The translations under genes and the position numbers were made by a program. Shown piece by piece: positions 1 through 9,089 of a stretch of DNA of 64,000 nt. Each line of letters starts with the position of its first letter. The first letter of the stretch is position 1. Below the pieces are notes generated by a model. The model did no database searches. It was given only the letters and a program-made list of their open reading frames with translations, and had not been told where the DNA came from. The stretch is from an uncultured Gemmatimonadales bacterium (lineage in GTDB: Bacteria > Gemmatimonadota > Gemmatimonadetes > Longimicrobiales > RSA9), in the NCBI GenBank assembly GCA_963783305.1, contig CAWAMW010000007.1, positions 591,511 through 655,510 on the forward strand, in the 5' to 3' direction.

Positions 1-795
1 CTGGTGCGGGTGGAGGCCCGATCGGGCGTCTACCTGAGCCAAGACGGGAGCCCTGAGGCGGATCCGCTACGGCGACTGCACCTGAGCTGGCTCGAGCACG
101 CCATGGCCTCGGCCGAAGAGCTCGGTCTCGACCTCACCACCGCGAACCGCATGTTCCAGGGCGTGACCGCCGTACAGCGGCGGCGGATCCCGGTGGTGGA
201 TCCGGATCAGGCGCATGCGGCCCTTCTGGCCCACGAGCTGTCGGCGCGCACTGGCCTCGACTGTGTCGCTACCGAGGCGCGGCGGCTTCCGGCGGAGGTG
301 GGGCCGCTGCACGACCCACCGTTCATCCTGGCCACCCCCGAGGGGAGAGAGCTCCTCAGCGCCATGCGCGAGCAGGTGCCGGTGATCCTGATCACGCTCG
401 CCGCGGATCTGTTCGAGAGCGTGTACAGGGCGGCGCGGGAGGAGTCCGTGGTGGTCGTGGTCGGCGATGGAACGCTTCGGAAGGAGCTGGAGCACGCGGT
501 CGACCGGGGCCTCTTCGATCAGCCGGAGCGGGTCCAGGTGGTGGCAGCGGAGAGCTGGGGTGGCCGGACCGTGCCGGGGCGGGAGCGCGTCGTCACGTGG
601 CTCGCGGCGGCGGAGAACAACGGCGAGCAGACGGGAGCCCCGCGACCTGGGCGAAGCGTGGCTGCGGGCGGTCCTTCGACGCACCTGGTGTCGACGTCGA
701 CGCTCGGCGCGATCCGCAGCCAGGTCGCGCGGGCCGCCCTCGACCAGGTCAGTACGTCCAGCGCCTCCGCCACGCGACGACGGCCTGCCGGATAA
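1..795 (+). CDS. GntR-family transcriptional regulator (5'-truncated by window edge)
   Basis: Frame is open from base 1. LVRVEARSGVYL resembles the wing at the end of a GntR winged HTH, followed by a helical dimerisation segment and an alpha/beta C-terminal region. Confidence 0.55.
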   Translation: MVRVEARSGVYLSQDGSPEADPLRRLHLSWLEHAMASAEELGLDLTTANRMFQGVTAVQRRRIPVVDPDQAHAALLAHELSARTGLDCVATEARRLPAEVGPLHDPPFILATPEGRELLSAMREQVPVILITLAADLFESVYRAAREESVVVVVGDGTLRKELEHAVDRGLFDQPERVQVVAAESWGGRTVPGRERVVTWLAAAENNGEQTGAPRPGRSVAAGGPSTHLVSTSTLGAIRSQVARAALDQVSTSSASATRRRPAG

Positions 796-3700
796 TGTCA
801 GCCCGCAGATAGGACATCGTCCTGGTGCCCACGAGGCGGTCCAGGCTCTGAACGGGCTCCCAGCCGAACCGGAGCGTGCCGATCCCCGCCTGGTACTCGA
901 GGGCCACGGCCGACAGGTCGCCGGCTTCCATTCCCACCAGGAACTCGGCGCTCAGTACCCAGTTGTCCGTGATCTCGAAGCCGGCCGTAGCGAAGGTCCC
1001 GCCTCCGGGCACGTAGTCCACTACCAGGTAGTCCAGGAGGCCGATCTGCTCGTTGATCTGAGAGGCCAGGACCTCGGCGAGTCCTGTGTAGGCCAGCCCC
1101 TGACCGAGGACGCCCGTGGCGCCTTCGGACGATGCCACCTGCCCGAGATCGCTCGTGGGGCGGCCAAAGAGGAGGAAGCTCAGCAGCTCCGAGTCCGGGA
1201 TCTCGGCACCGGTCGCCGTGCCAAGGCCGAGCGACGGGTTCTGGAGCGTTCCGCCCACCGAGACGCGCACGTCCACATCGGCCCCATCCGGGACCCGGAC
1301 GAGGCGGGACGCCACGATGTCGAGCCGCGGGTTGGGCTCCGGCGACCCGAAGAACCGGATCTCGGCCGACACGATCCGGAACTGCCGGTTGATCACTCCC
1401 ACCGCCAGCTGGAAGGTCCCCGCCTCGCCCCGGAGTGTGCCCTGGATCGGCATGGACGACCCGAACCGATCGACGGTGAGAGTGCCGCTCAGGCGCAGGC
1501 GAGCCTCCTCCGTTACGAACCAGAGCTCATTGCCGGCGATCACGGTCAGGTTCGAGATACGGATCCCGGCCTCCTCCGCGGGGGAGTTGAGGTCGAGATC
1601 GAAGCCCTGATCCACCAGGTCGAGATCCGGCGCGGTGAGCCTCGCGCTCAGCTCCGGCTGCTGCAGCGGCGCCAGTGAAACCGCGCCATCATCGACGCGC
1701 ACGGATCCGGTGACCACAGGCTGGGAAGCCCTCCCGCCGAGGCGCACCTCACCCCACAGTCCCGCCGGGCGCTCGTCGTCCAGTCCCTGGACGCGGAACT
1801 CCTGGAGCTCGGCCGTAAGGTCGAGAGCGGGGTCCGTCAGCTCCTGGAAGTCCAGCGCGCCCGTGATCCGGGCGAAGCCGTCGCTCTCCACGATGAAGTC
1901 CTGGAACACGGCTTCGCGACCGCTCAGCACGATCTGGCCACGGATGTTCTCAAACCGGCGGTCGAGCAGCGGGATGGTCACGCTCCCCTGGATCAGCGAA
2001 GCGGAACCGCTCAGGCGGGGCGCCGAGGGCGTGCCGCTGATCTGTACGTCCGCCTCGATCCGCCCCTCCAGGTTCTCCACGAGGGTCAGGCCGGGATCCA
2101 GCGTCGCGAGGGGGAACGTGTGGGTAGTGACCTTCAGGTCGACGGCCCCGTCGTCGGCCAGGGCGAAGAGGGTATCGCCGGCGAGCCGGAGCCGAGCGGG
2201 CAGCGTGCCCGACAACTGGATTCGGGCAGAGTCACCCAGGAGCCCCACGCCGTCCACCACGAGCCGCTCGCCCTCGTACAGGACCTTACCCTCCAGGGAT
2301 CGGATCGCGACGCCCCTGAAGCTGCCGTCCCCGAGGCCGAGGGCGAGGTCGACCGTGGGAGCATCCACGGGGCCCGCTACACGGCCCGTCAACGAGAGCT
2401 CACCGTCCAGCGCCATCTCGATTCCCACCAGCTCGAGAACGTCCCCGATGGGGAGGCCGGCCACGTCGACGGCGAGGTCCATGTCGTCCAGCGGAGCGAC
2501 CACACCGTTCGCGAGAATCCGCCCCGCGCCGTCCACCTGGCGCAGCTCCACGCCATCGATGCGCACCGAGTCTCCGACCGTCCACGCCACCCGAGCCGGC
2601 TCCGGCAGTCGCCAGCGCTCCTGCCGGAGGTCGAGCTCGAGGGACCGCAGGAATACCTCCCGCCGGCCCGTCTCGTCGATGATGCCATCGGCCGTCAGCT
2701 CCAGCAGACCGCGCTCACCCTGCTGATCCGCCCTCACCACCAGGGCGAAGTTCGGTCGTCCCAGGTCGAGGTTGGCCTGAAACGAATCGAAGCCACCGAA
2801 CGGCGTTCGCAGCTCGTCGGAGGCGAGTTCCAGGTCGAGCCGGGGCAGCCCATCGCTCAGGGTCACCGCGTACTCGCCCTCGAGGCTCTCGGCTGCCCAT
2901 TCCCCCCAGCGGAACCCGCGCGCGGCGACGGTGCCCTCGAGCTGCGGGGTCGCGAGCGTCCCGCCCGCGGTCCCGGTGAGACGGAGGCTGCCGCGCGCGA
3001 ACTGCGGCTGGCCGGTCGGACCGGCCGGCAGGAATGGGCCCAGCGGACCCAGCTCGGAGACAAGGGCGTCGTACGCCACGGTCCCGCTGCCGTCCACGAA
3101 GTCCCACCGCCCCGCGGCGGCGAGCTGCACGGGACCGAGGTGGACGCGGAGTTCCTCCACATCCACCACACCGCCGGCCACTTCCATGAGCAGGGCGAGG
3201 GTGTCTTCCGGCTCGCTCTCCCAGCCCGTGAAGTTGCCGTTGGCCGCAAGCGTGGCGCGCGCGGTCGCCGGATCGAAGCCCCGGCCCTCCAGCGTGAATG
3301 CGGCGTGCACCTCCGCGGGCGGTACCGGCGCCTCGATGACCGACTGGAGACGCACGCCGGTCAGGCGTCCCGTGAGGTCGTAGGAGGGCACCGCGCCGGT
3401 CGGGTCCACCCTCCCCTCGATCGACAGGATCCCACCGCCCGCCTCCAGCCGGACGTCCAGGTCCAGCGGCGTGGTGCCGGGTGCGCCCGTGAAGCGCACG
3501 CTCCCGGTGATCGGGCCAGCGAAGGGCAGCCCGGGCGCCAGCGCGCGCAGAGCCAGCAGGGGGGTCTGATCGAAGGACACGGCCGCTTCCTGGAGCGAGA
3601 ACCCCTCCTCGGTGAGGGCGATCCTGCCAGTGAGGTCGGTGACGAATGGCTCCGGTACGCTCGGCGTCGTGAGGCGGCCCCGCAGGTCCAGCCGGATGTC

Positions 3701-4822
3701 ATCCCCGGTCCCACTGATCGTGCCGGTCACCGTGCCGCCGTAGGGAAGGGGACCCGTGAAGGCCTCGACGAGGTCGAGCGAGAGCGGGTCCACCCGCAGG
3801 TCCACCGTCTCGAGAACCGGGCGCGTCCCGCCGATCACCGCCCGGACCGACCCGGTAGCGGAGCTCCCCGGGGCGCGGAGATCGAGATCGGAAAGCGCCA
3901 GCATGGTCCGCTCGCCAGGGCGCGTCTCCACCCGCAGCTGGAAGCTGCCGGACGCCCCTTCAGGGACGGTCCCCGGCAGCCACGGGAGGTCGGCGACCCG
4001 AGCGTCCAGGGCGGTCATGCTCATGTTCAGCCCATAGCCGCCGAGGCCCGGGTCCCAGACACCCCGGAGGCCGGCCAGCCGGGAGCTGCCGAACGTGCCA
4101 CGATCCACCTCGAAGTCCACCGCACCGTCTACCACCCGGACGCGCGCATCCGCCACCGTCACCTGGCGGGACACGGTTCCCTCGGCGGTATCGGGGAGGA
4201 TGAGCTCCGTCTGCGCCGTTCGTATCTGGAAGGTCGGGGCGTCCAGGCCGGGTCCCGTCAGGCGTGCAGACGCCAGGCCGACATCGAGGGACCGCAGCTC
4301 GTAGCTGGCCTCCAGCAGGTCCAGCATCACCTGTCCGCCCCGCACGCGGAAGTCCCGCATCCGCACGGCCAGCCGATCACCGCTGGCCCCGCCCTCTTCT
4401 TCCTCGAAGAACGGCGCCAGCGGTCGGTCGTAGTTCCACTGCTCGGGCCCGGTCTGCACCAGCCGTAGGCGCGGCTGCTCGGCCACACCCTCCGAGAGCA
4501 GGATGCCCCCATCCGGGGCCGCATTCAGCTGGACCGTCATCACGACCCTCGGCGCCGCGAAGAATGGCCGCCCGCTGGGATCCATCCAGCGAACCCGGGT
4601 CGCCGTCACCCGCAGCCGGCGCGCAGGTCGCAGCTGGACCGGAGCCAGCGCCTCCCGCACCGCAGCTTCGACCGCCGCGGGCTCATACTCGCCCAGCAGC
4701 GCCCGCGCGTCGCCATCACCCGTACCGAAGAAGAGAGCCAGCAGGACCGCGGTGGCCGCCACGAAGACCGCAGCGGCGATCACGCCGGTCGGGAGTCCGG
4801 TGGAGCGCGAGTTCTCGGCCAT
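749..4822 (-). CDS. tamB: Translocation and assembly module TamB (AsmA-like, DUF490 C-terminus)
   Basis: About 1357 aa from MAENSRS (ATG 4822, 2 bp after the Omp85 stop). N-terminal TM anchor, long glycine-rich beta-taco repeats, C-terminal motifs PNPRLDIVA, VGGTLQNPSL and ELLSFLLFG. Confidence 0.85.
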   Translation of the reverse strand: MAENSRSTGLPTGVIAAAVFVAATAVLLALFFGTGDGDARALLGEYEPAAVEAAVREALAPVQLRPARRLRVTATRVRWMDPSGRPFFAAPRVVMTVQLNAAPDGGILLSEGVAEQPRLRLVQTGPEQWNYDRPLAPFFEEEEGGASGDRLAVRMRDFRVRGGQVMLDLLEASYELRSLDVGLASARLTGPGLDAPTFQIRTAQTELILPDTAEGTVSRQVTVADARVRVVDGAVDFEVDRGTFGSSRLAGLRGVWDPGLGGYGLNMSMTALDARVADLPWLPGTVPEGASGSFQLRVETRPGERTMLALSDLDLRAPGSSATGSVRAVIGGTRPVLETVDLRVDPLSLDLVEAFTGPLPYGGTVTGTISGTGDDIRLDLRGRLTTPSVPEPFVTDLTGRIALTEEGFSLQEAAVSFDQTPLLALRALAPGLPFAGPITGSVRFTGAPGTTPLDLDVRLEAGGGILSIEGRVDPTGAVPSYDLTGRLTGVRLQSVIEAPVPPAEVHAAFTLEGRGFDPATARATLAANGNFTGWESEPEDTLALLMEVAGGVVDVEELRVHLGPVQLAAAGRWDFVDGSGTVAYDALVSELGPLGPFLPAGPTGQPQFARGSLRLTGTAGGTLATPQLEGTVAARGFRWGEWAAESLEGEYAVTLSDGLPRLDLELASDELRTPFGGFDSFQANLDLGRPNFALVVRADQQGERGLLELTADGIIDETGRREVFLRSLELDLRQERWRLPEPARVAWTVGDSVRIDGVELRQVDGAGRILANGVVAPLDDMDLAVDVAGLPIGDVLELVGIEMALDGELSLTGRVAGPVDAPTVDLALGLGDGSFRGVAIRSLEGKVLYEGERLVVDGVGLLGDSARIQLSGTLPARLRLAGDTLFALADDGAVDLKVTTHTFPLATLDPGLTLVENLEGRIEADVQISGTPSAPRLSGSASLIQGSVTIPLLDRRFENIRGQIVLSGREAVFQDFIVESDGFARITGALDFQELTDPALDLTAELQEFRVQGLDDERPAGLWGEVRLGGRASQPVVTGSVRVDDGAVSLAPLQQPELSARLTAPDLDLVDQGFDLDLNSPAEEAGIRISNLTVIAGNELWFVTEEARLRLSGTLTVDRFGSSMPIQGTLRGEAGTFQLAVGVINRQFRIVSAEIRFFGSPEPNPRLDIVASRLVRVPDGADVDVRVSVGGTLQNPSLGLGTATGAEIPDSELLSFLLFGRPTSDLGQVASSEGATGVLGQGLAYTGLAEVLASQINEQIGLLDYLVVDYVPGGGTFATAGFEITDNWVLSAEFLVGMEAGDLSAVALEYQAGIGTLRFGWEPVQSLDRLVGTRTMSYLRADIIRQAVVAWRRRWTY

Positions 4823-4824
4823 AC

Positions 4825-6966
4825 TCAGAACGCCTGCCCCACGGCGATGTGGAGCGTGAAGCGGTCGATGTTCCATCGGCTCGGCTCCGCCGGCTGGAAC
4901 GAGTCCGCCACCCGGATGAGGTCGCCCGTGGCTGCGTCCACCTCCAGCAGCGCGGCGCTCGGCGGGGGATACGGATTGTAGCCGATATCGATCCGGGCGG
5001 GGCCCACGGGTGTCTGGATCCGCAGACCCGCGCCGGGAGTGACCCGCCATTGCGATGAGGCGTCCCAGAGGGGGGCCAGACCCACGGTGCCGGCATCCAC
5101 GAACGCGGCGAGCCGCACCAGGTCGCGCAGGAAAGGCGACGGCAAGCGGGCCTCGGCGCTCAGGACCGCCACCGACGTGCCGCCGGTGGGGAAGAAGTCC
5201 ACCGTGAGCGAATCCTCCATCAGGTACAGCCCCGGCCCGAGCGTCGACCGGTCGAAGCCGCGCACACTGGATGCGCCGCCGGCGAAGAAACGCTCTTCCG
5301 GCGGGATGAAGTCGTTGGGCCCGAGCGTCGCCCGTGTCAGGAAGGTTCCCACCCGCGCGAATCCGGCTACCACCCAGCCTTTGCCGACCGAGTGGTACAT
5401 GGCGCCCTCGCCGCTCAGTCGGAGGAAGTCGTAATCGGAGGCGAGGAGGGCGGTGCTCCAGGATGTGCTGGAGCGCAGGATGTAGCCCGAAGTGGGGTTC
5501 ACCGTGCTGTTCGACCGATCGCGTATCCAGCTGGCCGATAGACCGTTACGCCAGCGGCCACCGGTGAACTGCGCGATGTCCCCGGCAGTGCAGGCGCGGA
5601 GCTCGAAGCAGTAGAGTACGGGGCGGCCCACGGTCGTCCGGTGCTCCCCCTCGATCGCCCCCGTCAGGAACTCGCCGGGCCCGAACCAATGCGTCACGGC
5701 CACCCGCCCTCCGGTAGCGGTGCGCTGGAAGAGGTCGGGCTCCGATTGGCGCTCGGAGAACGCCGTCGCGATGACCTGGTTTCGGGGTGAAAGGAAGTAC
5801 GGCTGGGTGAAATCGACGCCCACCCGATAGTCCACGTTGGTCGCGATCTCGCGATCGGCGCCTCGGGAGCAGAGCGATCCCTGCAGTCCGGAAACGGGGT
5901 CGCCGAGCCCGATCCTGCTCACGGCGCCGCGGACGGTGACCTGGCGACCCCCGCCGAGCACGCTTCGGTCCGTCCACTGCCCATGCCCCCCGAAGCAGTC
6001 CACGCTGCCGAAGCTCACGCCTGCCTCCACCACGTATTCCGCCGCCTCCGAGATGGACACCCGCACCGTGGCGGTGGTGCTGTCCTCGGGTGTCAACTGG
6101 ACCGAATCGGCTGCCACGGCCACGGCCGCGAACCGAACCAGGTTCAGCTCATAGAGATTTCTCTGGCTCAGCCGCAGGTCGCTCAACCTCAGCAGGTCGT
6201 TCTCCTCAAAGACCATCTGCCGCAGGACGTCCGTCCGCCCCAGCTCCTGCAGCCCGCTCACAATGATCGAGTCCACCACGACACGAGGACCCGGCACCGC
6301 AATCAGCCAGACCGTGGCCCGGTCCTGGATCGTGTCCACCGCATAGTTCCGCAGTACCTCCGCGTATGCATGCCCACGACGCCGCAGCGCCTCCGTCACG
6401 GTGTCCGCCGACGCCAGGAACTCGTTCAGGTCGAATAGATTTCCTGCCTGAAGCGGTAGCACCGCCTCCAGAGAGTCGGGGTCCGCGATCCCCTCGGTGC
6501 CCTCCACCACCACGGAGTCCATGACGATCCCATCCCCACGTTCCACCACGAACCGGAACCGCACCGCATCGCCCTCGGGCATATCCTCGATCTCCGGGAC
6601 GACCCGCGTCCCGAAATAGCCGTTCTGACGGTAGAGCGCCGCCAGCCGCGCCAGGTCCGAGCCCACCTGCCGCATATCTACCCGACCCGTCCGCCGACCC
6701 CAGTCCGTGCCGGGGAAGCAGAAGGGCAGGAATCCAAGGAGTGAGCAGCCCGTCTCGCGGGTTTCCGTGAGCGCGTCGAGGGAATCGTCGGTGAACGGCG
6801 CCGGGTCGACGAACGTGAGCTCTGCGATCTCACGTCCCTGGTACTCCTCCACCTGCGGATACAGCTCGGCGACCCGCGGCTGGGCGCACGCCGCCATACC
6901 CGCCACGGCGGCGATCGCGAGCAGCGCCCACCGCCGTACGCGTGTCGCGTTGATCGGTCGCTCCAT
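4825..6966 (-). CDS. Omp85-family (TamA/BamA/TamL-like) outer membrane protein with lipoprotein signal
   Basis: Start MERPINATR (6966). Lipobox-like LLAIAAVAGMAAC, POTRA-like repeats (LYRQNGYF, LRRRGHAYA), barrel motif FFAGGASSVRGF, C-terminal FTLHIAVGQAF. Lies directly upstream of tamB. Confidence 0.88.
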   Translation of the reverse strand: MERPINATRVRRWALLAIAAVAGMAACAQPRVAELYPQVEEYQGREIAELTFVDPAPFTDDSLDALTETRETGCSLLGFLPFCFPGTDWGRRTGRVDMRQVGSDLARLAALYRQNGYFGTRVVPEIEDMPEGDAVRFRFVVERGDGIVMDSVVVEGTEGIADPDSLEAVLPLQAGNLFDLNEFLASADTVTEALRRRGHAYAEVLRNYAVDTIQDRATVWLIAVPGPRVVVDSIIVSGLQELGRTDVLRQMVFEENDLLRLSDLRLSQRNLYELNLVRFAAVAVAADSVQLTPEDSTTATVRVSISEAAEYVVEAGVSFGSVDCFGGHGQWTDRSVLGGGRQVTVRGAVSRIGLGDPVSGLQGSLCSRGADREIATNVDYRVGVDFTQPYFLSPRNQVIATAFSERQSEPDLFQRTATGGRVAVTHWFGPGEFLTGAIEGEHRTTVGRPVLYCFELRACTAGDIAQFTGGRWRNGLSASWIRDRSNSTVNPTSGYILRSSTSWSTALLASDYDFLRLSGEGAMYHSVGKGWVVAGFARVGTFLTRATLGPNDFIPPEERFFAGGASSVRGFDRSTLGPGLYLMEDSLTVDFFPTGGTSVAVLSAEARLPSPFLRDLVRLAAFVDAGTVGLAPLWDASSQWRVTPGAGLRIQTPVGPARIDIGYNPYPPPSAALLEVDAATGDLIRVADSFQPAEPSRWNIDRFTLHIAVGQAF

Positions 6967-7007
6967 CAGACCCCGTTCATCATTCAAATTGACACAGCTC
7001 GCGAGCT

Positions 7008-7023
7008 TGCAATCCGTACGCCA
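7008..7023 (-). promoter_or_regulatory. sigma54 (-24/-12) promoter for the omp85-tamB operon
   Basis: Minus strand reads TGGCGT-ACGGA-TTGCA with exact GG-N10-GC spacing, about 40 bp upstream of the ATG at 6966. Confidence 0.65.
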
Positions 7024-7115
7024 TTCCCCGCCAGAGGTGCGGTCGCTGGTACCGATCTTGCCCCAGCCGACCCCGTCCACTTCCAAAGCAGAAGACCGGG
7101 ACCAGAGCCGATATC

Positions 7116-9020
7116 GTGACCCTTCGCACCCTCCCACTGCCGCGCTTGACCACACCGGCCCTGACCCTCGCCATCCTCCTGCTCGGAGGATGCGGAGATC
7201 CCGCCGCAGAGCCACGCTCCGAGCCGGGATCCCGTTCTTTCGGCACGCCGGAACCGACCTTCCCTACCGTCTCCGACACCCTTCTCGCCGCGGGCGCCGA
7301 CACCGAGTGGCCCACCCACGGCGGAGATCTGATGAACCACCGATTCTCGCCGCTTCAGCAGGTTGATGCCGCCTCCATCTCCGAGCTCGTGCCCGTCTGG
7401 ATACACTCCACGGGGATCGAGGGAGCGCTTGAAACTACACCGATCGTGGTGGGGAACACCATGTATGTCACCACCGCCGGTGGCCGGGTTCTCGCCCTGA
7501 ACGCCGCGACGGGCGAAGAGCTATGGCGTTTCGAGCCGGAGATCGCCGCGGCCACCCTCTGTTGCGGCCCTACGAACGATGGCGTAGCTGTTTATGGCGA
7601 CATGGTTTACGTCGCATCACTTGACGCAAAGCTTTATGCGCTCAACGCCCGCACAGGACAACCGGCGTGGCAGGCGACGCTCGCCGACCCCGCCCAGGGC
7701 TACAGCGCCACCATGGCGCCACTGGCGGTGCAGGGGAGGGTGTACGTGGGCGTCGGCGGCGAGCGGTATGGGATCCGCGGTTTTCTCGCGGCGTTCAATG
7801 CGCGCTCCGGTGAGGAGCTCTGGCGTTGGCATACGATCCCGTCGCCCGAGCAGGGGGGCTGGTGGGGGGAGTGGAGCGAGACCGACCCGTTCGGCACGCC
7901 GCTCAATCGCGATATGGGGGCCGAGCTCGCCGACAGTTCGGCGTGGCCCGGAAGCTGGGGAGTGGGAGGCGGTGGCATTGCGACCAACCCCGCCTACGAC
8001 GCGGCTTCCAACCGGATCTACATCAACGTTGAAGGTCCGGCACCCCTCATCGCGGGCGGCGCTCGCCCGGGGGACAACCTGTATACCGGGAGCATCGTCG
8101 CGCTCGATGCCGCCACCGGGGAGAAGGTCTGGCACGCGCAGTACCTGCCGCACGACACCTGGGGGCTGGCAGGAGGGAGCCCCCCATTCCTGTTCGACCG
8201 CGGGGGGGAGCGCTACGTGGGCTTCGCAGGCCGAACCGGCTGGGTCTACGTGTTCGCGGCGGACACCGGGGACCCCGTGCTTCGGTCCGACAACTTCGTG
8301 CCGCAGGAGTCCCTCTTTGCGCCTCCCACCGAGGAGGGTGCCGTGCGCGTGGCGCCGGGCGCCAATGGTGGCAATCCGGGCACAGGCGTCGCGTACGATC
8401 CCACCTCGGGAGTCGTCTTCGTCGGGGGTGTGCACCAGCCCATGGTGTACACACGCGGAGCCGACGGCTATCAGCCAGGGCGGCTCTGGCTGGGGGGAGA
8501 GCTGAGATATCCGCCCGATGATCCGCAGTGGGGCACGATCTCGGCCATCGACCTGGCCGATGGCCGGATCCGCTGGCAGAGGCGCACCCCCGCGCCCGCT
8601 CATTCGGCCGTCCTGACCACGGCCGGCGGCCTGGTCTTCGTAGGGCAGGGGAACGGGACGTTCGACGCCTTCGACGCGAGCAGTGGCCAGCTGCTCTGGC
8701 AGTTCGAGATGGGCGCAGGCGTCCACGGCGGTCCCATCACATATCGCGTCGGTGATGTGCAGTACGTCGTCGCCACGGCGGGCGGCAGCTTTCACTTCGA
8801 CACCGCACCCGGAGACGAGATCGTCGCCTTCGCACTCGCATCCAGGAGACCGCAGAGAGGCGTAACCGACTACGGGACGCCAGAATACGATCGTAACGGC
8901 CCCACCTCGGGCGGCCAGAGCGGGGTCCGGCAGCTGGCGCCAGAACCCTCCAGCGGAACCCCCGCTTCCGTCGCCGACACCACCTCCCGCGGCGTTGACG
9001 CCGGAGAGCCCCCGCGGTAA
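7116..9020 (+). CDS. PQQ-dependent alcohol dehydrogenase-like 8-bladed beta-propeller lipoprotein, active site apparently degenerate
   Basis: Lipobox LLLGGC, WPTHGGD..RFSPLQQV N-terminal motif, repeated A.(N/D)A.TG...W tryptophan-docking motifs, vicinal CC, RPGDNLYTGS. Confidence 0.85.
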   Translation: MTLRTLPLPRLTTPALTLAILLLGGCGDPAAEPRSEPGSRSFGTPEPTFPTVSDTLLAAGADTEWPTHGGDLMNHRFSPLQQVDAASISELVPVWIHSTGIEGALETTPIVVGNTMYVTTAGGRVLALNAATGEELWRFEPEIAAATLCCGPTNDGVAVYGDMVYVASLDAKLYALNARTGQPAWQATLADPAQGYSATMAPLAVQGRVYVGVGGERYGIRGFLAAFNARSGEELWRWHTIPSPEQGGWWGEWSETDPFGTPLNRDMGAELADSSAWPGSWGVGGGGIATNPAYDAASNRIYINVEGPAPLIAGGARPGDNLYTGSIVALDAATGEKVWHAQYLPHDTWGLAGGSPPFLFDRGGERYVGFAGRTGWVYVFAADTGDPVLRSDNFVPQESLFAPPTEEGAVRVAPGANGGNPGTGVAYDPTSGVVFVGGVHQPMVYTRGADGYQPGRLWLGGELRYPPDDPQWGTISAIDLADGRIRWQRRTPAPAHSAVLTTAGGLVFVGQGNGTFDAFDASSGQLLWQFEMGAGVHGGPITYRVGDVQYVVATAGGSFHFDTAPGDEIVAFALASRRPQRGVTDYGTPEYDRNGPTSGGQSGVRQLAPEPSSGTPASVADTTSRGVDAGEPPR

Positions 9021-9089
9021 CTTCCCGCCCTCGTTGCAGGTTGCCGGCCCCCCAGGGGCACGGCCCGTCTTTCGTTCAGCTCAACATCC

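Noticed and set aside
2120..4468. 782-aa + strand ORF (and 467-1678, 1635-2726) opposite tamB
   Set aside because: Antisense shadow ORFs expected from GC-rich codon bias, with no recognisable motifs.
6989..7020. Perfect TTGACA as a + strand sigma70 promoter for the propeller gene
   Set aside because: No acceptable -10 hexamer at 16-18 bp.
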